DNA from: a virus
Taxonomy: Duplodnaviria; Caudoviricetes
IMG/VR virus record: IMGVR_UViG_3300037422_000657
Span: 1 to 28,106 of that record
Strand: one strand, 5' to 3'
DNA: 28,106 nt
Below, one piece after another: positions 1 to 7,106 of this stretch (the stretch's first letter is position 1; each line of letters opens with the position of its first letter). The notes under the pieces were generated by a model. The model ran no database searches, was not told the DNA's origin, and was given only the letters and a program-made list of their open reading frames with translations. Made by a program: the position numbers and the translations under genes.

Positions 1-234
1 ATGTTTCCATCGTCCCGCTCCATCGGTTCCGTCCGGGCGCCGGTGGGTGCAGGCGGCGGCGCGGCCCACGATCCCTCGGGCCGCGCCGCCCGCTCCGCTT
101 CGCTCTCGCTTCGACTTTCGCAACGACCGGCGCCGCCATGGGCGCGCCGGCGCTCTCTCGGGCAGGACCAAACGCAGCCGCGGCCGCAGCCGCGGGCGCC
201 GGAGCGACCACTCTGGACAACGGAGACAACGCGC

Positions 235-498
235 ATGGCCCTCCCGCATCCCGCCCCACCTAACCTCGCGAGGCTAAGGCTCGGCGCCGCCGGCGCATCA
301 CCGGAATCGCGCGCGCTGGCGCATGATCTGGTGCTGGCGCGCCTCGCCGCCGGCATGGCCGAGGCCGTCGCCGCCTTCGCCGCCATGATGGCGGATGGCC
401 GCCTAGATCACCGCGAGAAGATCGAGCTGCACCGGCGCCTGACGCAGCTCGGCCAGGAGATCGACGCGCTGCGCGCCCGGCTCGGGGACGGGCCATGA
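235..498 (+). CDS. Small helical phage regulatory protein (resembles C-terminal part of phage CII-family regulators)
   Basis: ATG 235 preceded by GGAG. The A..ADGRLDHRE...L..L..I pattern is typical of CII-like proteins. Stop overlaps the next start (ATGA 495-498). Confidence 0.5.
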   Translation: MALPHPAPPNLARLRLGAAGASPESRALAHDLVLARLAAGMAEAVAAFAAMMADGRLDHREKIELHRRLTQLGQEIDALRARLGDGP

Positions 499-944
499 CC
501 CGGCTCTGCCCGCATTGCGGCGGGACGCTGCCCGAGGCGGGCGCGGCCGAAGCCGCGCCGCCGCCGACGATCGGGCTCACGCGCGTCCAGGCGCGGGTCC
601 TCGACGCCCTCTGCGCGCTCACCGCCGCGCGCGGCCACGCGCCGACCTACGACGAGATCGCCCGCGTCACCGCGAGCTCGAAGGGCAACGTCTGCGTCGT
701 CGTCGAGCGGCTCGCCCACTTGGGCTACGTCGCGCGCGAGAAGCGGCGGGCGCGCTCCTTGGTGCCGCTCTTCGGCGTCGACCGCAAGGCGTTGGTCATG
801 CCGCCGCGCGCGCCGGATCAAGTGCCCGGGGCAGGCCCCGGATCCCAGTCCGGGGCAGGGCCAGACAGGTCCGGCGAGTGGCCGATCCGCTCCCATCGCA
901 CGCTCGCCGACACGCGAGCGTCAACCCAAAGGAGAATCTCATGA
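495..944 (+). CDS. LexA-like winged-HTH DNA-binding protein with N-terminal CPHC motif, no peptidase domain
   Basis: LTRVQARVLDAL...GHAPTYDEIA...SKGNV...VERLAHLGYVAREKRRARSL matches the LexA N-terminal DNA-binding domain pattern. Confidence 0.75.
   Translation: MTRLCPHCGGTLPEAGAAEAAPPPTIGLTRVQARVLDALCALTAARGHAPTYDEIARVTASSKGNVCVVVERLAHLGYVAREKRRARSLVPLFGVDRKALVMPPRAPDQVPGAGPGSQSGAGPDRSGEWPIRSHRTLADTRASTQRRIS
813..861 (+). repeat. Tandem REP-like palindromes (CCGGATC-N-CCGGGGCAGG) inside CDS
   Basis: CCGGATCAAGTGCCCGGGGCAGGC followed by CCCGGATCCCAGTCCGGGGCAGG. Confidence 0.65.
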
Positions 945-1579
945 CCAAGCTCGACCGCCCGAAGCGCAACAAGCGCGCGACATCGGCAAAGCGGGCCAAG
1001 CCCGCCGCCGCGCCCGAGATGGAGCAGAAGCAGATCTTCTCGGACACTGAGGTCTGCGCCGCCGCCTTTCGCGTGCTCGTCGAGCAGATCGCTCACTTCG
1101 ACAAGCAGGTGAGCGATATCAACAAGCGCAAGACGCGGTTGTGGAAAAAGTTCAAGTCGGAGAACGGCCGCTCACTGCGCGCGGCTAAGAGCGTGGTCGC
1201 GATCACGCGGATGGAGGGCGCGGCGCAGGAAACCTACATGGCCGACCACGCCGAGCTGATGCAGGCGGCGGGGCTCGCGCCCGGCCGGTCCGTCACCAGG
1301 AGGGCCGTCGAGAGGGCGGCGAAGGCCGCCAACGGCGGCGGCAACTCCGGATCGCGGTCCGGGGCAGGCTCGCTCCCGACGACGGCGGCGGCCGTGTCGC
1401 AAGCGGCGCGCGAGGATTTCGCCGCCGGCAAGACGCTCGCGGACAACCCGTATCACACGTCCGCGCCGGCGCACGCCACTTGGGAGAGCGCCTTCCTCGC
1501 CGCCGTCGACGAGGCGCCGGCGTCGCGCGAGCGCGCCCTGGGTACCGCGCCGGGGCGCGACCGGCCTCTGCTGCAGTGA
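941..1579 (+). CDS. GapR/DUF2312-like DNA-binding protein with C-terminal Rmf/CrpP-like motif
   Basis: ATG 941 with AAAGGAG RBS. The central helical segment (FRVLVEQIAHFDKQVSDINK...KSENG...KSVVAITRM...LMQAAGL) follows the GapR pattern. The C-terminus contains FAAGK...NPY...W. Confidence 0.55.
   Translation: MTKLDRPKRNKRATSAKRAKPAAAPEMEQKQIFSDTEVCAAAFRVLVEQIAHFDKQVSDINKRKTRLWKKFKSENGRSLRAAKSVVAITRMEGAAQETYMADHAELMQAAGLAPGRSVTRRAVERAAKAANGGGNSGSRSGAGSLPTTAAAVSQAAREDFAAGKTLADNPYHTSAPAHATWESAFLAAVDEAPASRERALGTAPGRDRPLLQ
1347..1370 (+). repeat. REP-like palindrome inside CDS
   Basis: CCGGATCGCGGTCCGGGGCAGGCT. Confidence 0.65.
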
Positions 1580-2091
1580 CGGCGCTCGCCCTCGACATCG
1601 CGACCCGCACGGGCTGGGCCTTCGGCGACCCGGCCCGGGCGGCGCCGCTATGGCCGCGCCCGCTCGCGAGCGCGCCGCTCGCCTTCGGCGTCTTCGTTCT
1701 GCCGGGCGACGCCGGCGAGGGGCGCACCTTCGCGCTCTTCGCCGACTGGCTCGGCGCAAGATTGTCCGAGCGCCGCACCGAGCGCATCGCCATCGAGGCG
1801 CCGTTCATCCATCCCGATAACGCCTCGCAGCCGATGACGCGGAGGCTCTTCGGCCTGCGCGCCATGGCGCTCGTCATCGCGCACCGCGCCGGCATCCCCG
1901 TCGTCGAGCTCGCGCCGTCCTCGGTCAAGAAGCGCTTCGCCGGCAAGGGCAACGCCGAGAAGCTGGCGGTCATCGAGGAGAACTGGCGACGCGGCTACGC
2001 GCCAAACGACGACAACGAGGCCGACGCCATCGCGCTCTGGCACGCGGCCTTCGCGCCCGAGCGCGCGGCGGCGGCAAAGGCCGCGGCATGA
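1576..2091 (+). CDS. RuvC-like Holliday junction resolvase (phage)
   Basis: GTG start overlapping the previous stop. Motifs ALDIATRTGWA, IAIEAP, SSVKK.FAGKGNAEK and DDNEADAIAL supply the RuvC catalytic D/E/D/D pattern. Confidence 0.88.
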   Translation: MTALALDIATRTGWAFGDPARAAPLWPRPLASAPLAFGVFVLPGDAGEGRTFALFADWLGARLSERRTERIAIEAPFIHPDNASQPMTRRLFGLRAMALVIAHRAGIPVVELAPSSVKKRFAGKGNAEKLAVIEENWRRGYAPNDDNEADAIALWHAAFAPERAAAAKAAA

Positions 2092-2112
2092 GCCGCGAGC
2101 CGATCAAGGGCC

Positions 2113-2781
2113 GTGGGGGGGCGTAACGCGATGCGCTTGAACGGCGGCGCCGGGGCGCGCTGGGCGCGCGGCAACGTCCCCGACGCCGAGGCGCGCGAGA
2201 AGGACGATTTTTACCCGACGCCGCCGAGCGGCACGCGCGCCCTCCTCGCGGTCGAGACCTTCGAGGGGACGATCTGGGAGCCGGCCTGCGGCGACGGCGC
2301 GATCGCGAAGGTGCTTGAGGCAGCGGGCCACCGGGTCCTTGCGACCGACCTCGTCGATCGCGGCTACGGTGTGCCGCGCGTCGACTTCCTGCTTCATTGC
2401 CCCGAGCGCGCGGACAACATCGTCACGAACCCGCCGTTCAAGCTGGCCAACGACTTCGCCCGCCTGGCGCTGGAGCGCGCCTCGCGCAAGGTGGCGCTGC
2501 TGTGCCGCCTCGCCTGGCTCGAAGGCCAAGAGCGCCGCGCGCTGTTCGAGGCCTCGCCGCTGGCGCGGGTCTGGGTGTTCTCGAAGCGCCTCGCGATCTG
2601 GCGCAACGGCGTGGCCGAAGAACGCGGCGGCGGGTTGATCGCATTCGCCTGGTTCGTGTTCGAGCACGGCTACCGGGGCATGCCGAATCTCGGCTGGGTC
2701 GAGCCAGACGAGAAGCCCTTCGCCGAGGATATGCGCCAGCTTTACGCCGACGCGTATCGCCTTCGGATTGCCGTCCCGTGA
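2113..2781 (+). CDS. Phage amino (N6-adenine/N4-cytosine) DNA methyltransferase
   Basis: DDFYPTP, motif I WEPACGDG and catalytic TNPPF. Start is uncertain (2113 GTG, 2131 ATG, or 2088 ATG if the G7 tract is G6). Confidence 0.88.
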   Translation: MGGRNAMRLNGGAGARWARGNVPDAEAREKDDFYPTPPSGTRALLAVETFEGTIWEPACGDGAIAKVLEAAGHRVLATDLVDRGYGVPRVDFLLHCPERADNIVTNPPFKLANDFARLALERASRKVALLCRLAWLEGQERRALFEASPLARVWVFSKRLAIWRNGVAEERGGGLIAFAWFVFEHGYRGMPNLGWVEPDEKPFAEDMRQLYADAYRLRIAVP

Positions 2782-2864
2782 CCCGCCCCCTCGCGCTCGA
2801 TGTCTTCTGCGGCGCCGGCCGCGCCGCGCTGCGTGCGCTTGAGGGCCGGCGGTCGGCGACATGA
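2778..2864 (+). pseudogene. Truncated remnant of a C5-cytosine DNA methyltransferase (motif I only)
   Basis: GTGA-coupled 28-codon ORF MTRPLALDVFCGAGRAALRALEGRRSAT. LDVFCGAG is the SAM-binding motif I found at the N-terminus of C5 MTases. Confidence 0.55.
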
Positions 2865-3772
2865 TCGACGTTCGGCCGCCGGACGCCTTCGAGATCACCC
2901 GCGCGCTGGGCGGTCACTGGCGAGGGCGGCACGGGCTGGCGCGCTGCCCGGCCCACGACGATCGGACGCCGAGCCTCAGCATCACGGCCTCAACCGCCGG
3001 TTTCACGCTCGTCCACTGCTTCTCGGGCTGCACCCAGGCCGCCGTGATCGCGGCGTTGCGCGCGCGCGGTCTCTGGACCCGCGACGCGGGCGACGGCCCG
3101 GTCTACGCGCCGCAGTCGCTCCGCTCGGCGCCGGACGGCGACGCCATCGAGCGCCGCCGGCGCGCCGAGGAAATCTGGATCAAGGCGCGGCCGGCGTCCG
3201 GGACAATGGCCGAAACCTATCTCCGCTCGCGCGGCATCGCGGCCCGGCTGCCCGAGGCGCTGCGTTTCATGCCGTCGCTGCCGCACGCGCCGAGCCGCAC
3301 GTCGTGGCCGGCGCTTATCGCGGCGGTCACGACGCTTGACGGCGCCCTCCTCGCGGTCCAGCGCACCTGGCTTGCGCGCGACGGCCGCGGCAAGGCGCCG
3401 GTCGAGCCCGCCAAGATGACGCTGGGGCCGATGGACGACGGCGCGGTCAGGCTCGCGACCCCGCACGGCGATACGCTCGGGCTCGCCGAGGGCGTCGAGA
3501 CCGCGATGAGCGCGCGCAAGCTCTACAGCCTCCCCGTGTGGGCCGTGCTCGGCTGCCGGCGCTTCACCGCCGTTCGCCTGCCGCCGACGATCGAGACCGT
3601 CATCCTCTTCGCCGACCGAGGCGACGCCGGCTGGAAGGCCGCGACAAAGGCCGCCGATCGCTGGGAGGCCGAGGGCCGGCACGCCGAGATCGTCCTGCCG
3701 GAAAACCCACAGCACAAGGATTTCAACGATACGTTGCAGGCGCCAGCAGGCGTACCGGGGGTTGCGCGATGA
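2861..3772 (+). CDS. DNA primase: N-terminal zinc-binding domain plus Toprim domain
   Basis: CPAHDD.TPSLSI...HCFSGC zinc finger, YLRSRGI, AEGVETAMS, FADRG and C-terminal KDFND Toprim motifs. Confidence 0.92.
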   Translation: MIDVRPPDAFEITRALGGHWRGRHGLARCPAHDDRTPSLSITASTAGFTLVHCFSGCTQAAVIAALRARGLWTRDAGDGPVYAPQSLRSAPDGDAIERRRRAEEIWIKARPASGTMAETYLRSRGIAARLPEALRFMPSLPHAPSRTSWPALIAAVTTLDGALLAVQRTWLARDGRGKAPVEPAKMTLGPMDDGAVRLATPHGDTLGLAEGVETAMSARKLYSLPVWAVLGCRRFTAVRLPPTIETVILFADRGDAGWKAATKAADRWEAEGRHAEIVLPENPQHKDFNDTLQAPAGVPGVAR

Positions 3773-4911
3773 ACGATATAGTCTCCTTCCCGAAAGGCCG
3801 GCGGCCGGTGCCGTTCGAGACATTTACGCCCGGTGCCTGGGCCGGGCTCGATCCCCCGCCATACGACTGGATCGTCGAAGGCTGCTTCCTGCGCGGCACC
3901 GTCGCGATGCTCTCAGGCGACGGCGGGCTCGGCAAGAGCCTGCTGATGCAGCAGCTTTGCACCGCCGCCGCGGTCGGCAAGCCCTGGCTCGGCCTCAACA
4001 CCAAATCGTCCAGGGTTTTCGGCCTTTTCTGCGAGGATGCGCGCGACGAGCTGCACCGCCGCCAGGAGGCGATCAACCGGCACTACGATTGCGACTATGC
4101 CGACGCGGGCGAGCGCGCGGTCTACGTCTCCCGCGCCGGCGAAGACAACATCCTCGCCCTGCCGGAGCGCCGCAACGACAAGCTGATACCGACGCAGCTC
4201 TACACCCAGATCTGCGAGGCCGTCCTGGACTTCGGGGCGCAGATCATCGTGATCGACACGGTCGCCGACGTTTTCGCCGGCGACGAGATTCGCCGCGCAC
4301 AAGTTCGCCAGTTCGTAACACTTCTTCGCCGATTGGCTGTAAAGGCCCAAGGCTGCGTGATCTTGACGGCCCACCCTTCGCTCGCCGGCATGTCCAGCGG
4401 CACCGGCCTCAGCGGCTCCACCGCGTGGAACAACTCCGTTCGTTCGCGGCTCTATCTGAGCCGGCGCCATCAGGATTCCGACGATGAACCAGCGGAGGAA
4501 GCCCGAAACGAGCGCTGGCTAAAGACCATGAAGAACAACGCCGGCCCGTTCGGGGCGAAGATTCCGCTCGCCTGGCGCGACGGCGTGTTTCAGCGGACCG
4601 ACCAGCAAGCTGCGCCGGGGCCGCCCTTGCTGGATCGGATCGATCTGCAATCGAAGTTGGTCGATACGCTCCGCGCTTTGGTGCGCGATGGCGCTTTCGT
4701 CGGCGCCGACAAGAGCTCGCCCCAGAGCTTAGCGAATCGCGCGCGAAAGCTGCCGCAGGTTCGGCCGTACTCGTTCGCGGCCGTCGCCGCCGCCGTCGAT
4801 GAATTGCTGGCGGACGGCCGCGTCGTCCGGGTCGAACTCGGTCCGCCGTCGAAGCGGCGGGTGTATCTCCGGCCGCCGGACGCTCTTTACCCCGGAGAGA
4901 GCCCAGCATGA
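3769..4911 (+). CDS. AAA_25 / RepA-family replicative helicase
   Basis: ATG 3769 overlaps the primase stop. Walker A GDGGLGKS, Walker B IIVIDT, HPS...SGSTAWNNSVRSR and K.N motifs. Confidence 0.9.
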   Translation: MNDIVSFPKGRRPVPFETFTPGAWAGLDPPPYDWIVEGCFLRGTVAMLSGDGGLGKSLLMQQLCTAAAVGKPWLGLNTKSSRVFGLFCEDARDELHRRQEAINRHYDCDYADAGERAVYVSRAGEDNILALPERRNDKLIPTQLYTQICEAVLDFGAQIIVIDTVADVFAGDEIRRAQVRQFVTLLRRLAVKAQGCVILTAHPSLAGMSSGTGLSGSTAWNNSVRSRLYLSRRHQDSDDEPAEEARNERWLKTMKNNAGPFGAKIPLAWRDGVFQRTDQQAAPGPPLLDRIDLQSKLVDTLRALVRDGAFVGADKSSPQSLANRARKLPQVRPYSFAAVAAAVDELLADGRVVRVELGPPSKRRVYLRPPDALYPGESPA

Positions 4912-4928
4912 TCGGCCGCGCGCGGGCC

Positions 4929-5055
4929 TTCCGACCCCCTTCCGACCCCCTTCCGACCCCCTTCCGACCCCCCCCTTCCGACGGGGTTCCGACCCCCTTC
5001 CGACCCCTTCCGACCCCCTCTTCTTCCGACCCCCCCTTATACCCCCCGGTCGGAA
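4929..5055. repeat. Iteron-like array (TTCCGACCCCC, ~11-bp period), probable phage replication origin
   Basis: TTCCGAC at 4929, 4940, 4951, 4962, 4976, 4987, 4998, 5008 and 5024, plus one inverted copy GTCGGAA at 5049. Lies immediately downstream of primase-helicase. Confidence 0.85.
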
Positions 5056-5058
5056 GGG

Positions 5059-5087
5059 ACATGAGGGGGGCTTACGCCCCCTCATGT
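5059..5087. other. Hairpin adjacent to iterons
   Basis: ACATGAGGGGG / CCCCCTCATGT form an 11-bp perfect stem. Confidence 0.7.
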
Positions 5088-5144
5088 TTCAAGTTCCGGC
5101 GCGCCGGGTCGACCGGCCGCTTTTTCGATCGAGGATGACCGACC

Positions 5145-5771
5145 ATGCCCGCCATCGCGCTCTCCGCCGCCGAAATCGCCCTGCCCTCGCCCGTCGTCAT
5201 CAGCCTCATCGCCGCCGCGATGCTGTGGCCGCGCGACGATGAAGCGCGCCAGCGGGCCGAGCGCGTCGCCGCCGCGGCCGCGGTCGAGGCTCACCTCGCC
5301 GCCGGCGATCCCGTGCTGGCGCGCTTGACGCCCGCCGCCCGGCGCAAACTCGCGGCGCTCGCCCAAGGCGCCGCCGCGTCATGGTCGGCGCTCTACGCCG
5401 CCGCCGGCGCCGATTTGGCGCGCGGCCTCGCGGTCGGCATCGCCACGATCGACAAGATCGCGCTAGCGCCGCCGGCGCGCTCGGTCGCCGCGATCGCGCG
5501 CGCCGAGGCCAGCGCCATCGTGCTCGCGGCCGAATTCTCAGCGGGCTTCGAGGTGCCCGTGATCGCCGATTTCGACGAAGCGTTGCATCGTTTCCGCCCC
5601 GCGCGCCCATTGGTGGGCGGCCTGGGTCGCGCTCGCGCGCGAGACCGGCTCCGAAGCGCTCCCGGCGCCGCGCCGCTGCTCGATCTCGCTGAGGCCTGGC
5701 GCCCGCCGGCCGACGCGCTCCGCGCCCTGCCCATGGCGCGCCTCGCGATCGAGCCGCGCGGCGGCGCGTGA
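5145..5771 (+). CDS. Hypothetical phage protein, possibly carrying internal frameshifts
   Basis: Ala-rich ORF in the operon direction. Codon pattern switches frame at about 5605-5660. Confidence 0.55.
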   Translation: MPAIALSAAEIALPSPVVISLIAAAMLWPRDDEARQRAERVAAAAAVEAHLAAGDPVLARLTPAARRKLAALAQGAAASWSALYAAAGADLARGLAVGIATIDKIALAPPARSVAAIARAEASAIVLAAEFSAGFEVPVIADFDEALHRFRPARPLVGGLGRARARDRLRSAPGAAPLLDLAEAWRPPADALRALPMARLAIEPRGGA

Positions 5772-5774
5772 GCC

Positions 5775-6371
5775 GTGGCGCGCAAGGGACGCCGCGCCCG
5801 GCGCAAGGCGAGAGGCCCGATGCCGGCGCGTGAGGCGTCCTCGCTCGCCGCCCAGGCGCGCGTCGTCGGCGCCGGCGAGCGCGTGCGCGTCGCCCCCGGG
5901 CGCCGCGCGATCTGGGACGAGGCCGCGCTAAACGCCGAGGGTCGGCGCGGCGCGTGGGTCGACTACCCCGTCAGCGAGACCCTGCTCGACCGCATGCTCG
6001 ACGACGGGCGCATCGGCGGCGACGAGTTCCGCGCCGGCTTGCGCTTTCAGGCCGTGTTCGCCTACGCCGGCTTGACCGCGCGGCCGGTCACGACGCAACC
6101 CGATCCGATCAAGATCGACGGCGGCAAGTGGCGCGAGCCGATCGGCGGGTCACTGGATGCGCTGGCGGAAATCGAGGCGGCGCTCGATCATGTCGGCCCC
6201 TACGGCGGCCTTGTGCTGACCTGGATGCTGGGCCACGGCGAGACCGTCGAGGCCTTCGTCTGGCGCTGCCGATCGAGCGGCCTCACCACCGGCCCCGGCC
6301 ACGTGCAGCATATTCTCCGGGTCGCGCTCGGCGCGCTCGTCGCGTTCTACGATCGCCGCGCGCGGGCTTGA
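5775..6371 (+). CDS. DUF6456-like protein; candidate late-gene regulator (Q/antiterminator position)
   Basis: SETLLDRMLDDGRI...FRAGLRF...A and C-terminal LRVALGALVAFY resemble this alphaproteobacterial phage family. It is the last gene before the late promoter and cos region. Confidence 0.6.
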   Translation: MARKGRRARRKARGPMPAREASSLAAQARVVGAGERVRVAPGRRAIWDEAALNAEGRRGAWVDYPVSETLLDRMLDDGRIGGDEFRAGLRFQAVFAYAGLTARPVTTQPDPIKIDGGKWREPIGGSLDALAEIEAALDHVGPYGGLVLTWMLGHGETVEAFVWRCRSSGLTTGPGHVQHILRVALGALVAFYDRRARA

Positions 6372-6397
6372 CAGGACATGTCATGTCAAACTAGCGT
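6368..6397 (+). promoter_or_regulatory. Putative late promoter with overlapping 22-bp palindromic operator
   Basis: TTGACA (6368-6373), 18 bp, then TAGCGT (6392-6397). TTGACAGGACATGTCATGTCAA is self-complementary at 20 of 22 positions. Confidence 0.6.
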
Positions 6398-6410
6398 CCG
6401 CGCCCATGTT

Positions 6411-6455
6411 GACGAACCGCGCCCGGGCCCCGCCCGACAGGCGCGGTTTTTCGTC
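6411..6455 (+). terminator. Intrinsic terminator-like hairpin just downstream of the putative late promoter (tR'-like)
   Basis: AACCGCGCC (6415-6423) pairs with GGCGCGGTT (6440-6448). Inner CGGGC/GCCCG stem, followed by TTTTT. Confidence 0.55.
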
Positions 6456-6456
6456 C

Positions 6457-6500
6457 GGGTCCTTCCCCCAACCCCCAATCATATGCGGTGCGGAAGCGCG
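6457..6500 (+). other. Candidate cos site (cosQ and cosN-like)
   Basis: GGGTCCT, identical to lambda cosQ, at 6457-6463. About 24 nt downstream is CG-GTGCGGAAGCGC, resembling lambda CG-GGGCGGCGACCT. Sits just upstream of terS. Confidence 0.55.
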
Positions 6501-6548
6501 GGGGGTGCGTGAAATGTCAGTAAAATCAATGGTTTCTGTTGCGGGGCG

Positions 6549-7106
6549 ATGAAAACGCTGAATATGGCGCAACTCTGCCACGCGCTCAAGCCGGCGGTCT
6601 CGATGCCGACGCTGCGCAAGATCATCGCCGGCAACGACGACTTCCCGGTCGTCAGCCGCGGCGGCAACGGCACTGCCTGGCGCTTCGACCCGGCGGCGGC
6701 GCGCGCCTGGTGGGCGAAGCATTGCGACGGCCTCGCGGCGGACGACACGACGAGGAAGCGCAAGCTCGGCCGCTGGTGGCAACAAGCCTACGGCGGCGAC
6801 GAGGCGGCCGTCTCGTTCGACGATCGCAAGAAGGCCGCCGAGATCGCCTATCTCGAGGACCGCAACCGGCGCGTGCGCGGCGAGCTGGTCGAGGCAAGGC
6901 GCGTCGAGGCCGCGCTCGCCGTCGCCGCGGTCACGCTGCGCAACAGCCTGCTCCAGGTGCCGGCCGAGTTCGCCAAGCGCTGCGCCGGCCTCAAGCGCGG
7001 CGACGCCGCGATCCTGACCGAGATCATCGAGCGCCGCCTGCATGCCTTCGAAGCGGAGATCAAGGCGGCGCTCATCGTCGATCCCGACACCGTCGCCACA
7101 GCCTGA
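6549..7106 (+). CDS. terS: Terminase small subunit (Nu1-like)
   Basis: N-terminal wHTH (FPVVSRGGNGTAWRFD) and RGELVEA..VE coiled segment. Directly upstream of and overlapping TerL. Confidence 0.88.
   Translation: MKTLNMAQLCHALKPAVSMPTLRKIIAGNDDFPVVSRGGNGTAWRFDPAAARAWWAKHCDGLAADDTTRKRKLGRWWQQAYGGDEAAVSFDDRKKAAEIAYLEDRNRRVRGELVEARRVEAALAVAAVTLRNSLLQVPAEFAKRCAGLKRGDAAILTEIIERRLHAFEAEIKAALIVDPDTVATA

Noticed and set aside
35-135. Structured ncRNA (GGCGCCGGT / ACCGGCGCC pairing)
   Set aside because: Short GC-rich complementarity is expected by chance at this composition, and no family hallmarks are seen.
2113-2781. Restriction-modification system
   Set aside because: No cognate endonuclease. 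The adjacent nuclease is RuvC-like, so this is an orphan phage MTase.
4929-5055. CRISPR array
   Set aside because: Units are ~11 bp, abutting and without spacers, and there are no cas genes.
4908-5138. Functional protein across the iterons
   Set aside because: The sequence is a translation of the DNA repeat (P/S/D/T-rich). It may be translated by coupling, but nothing supports a protein function.
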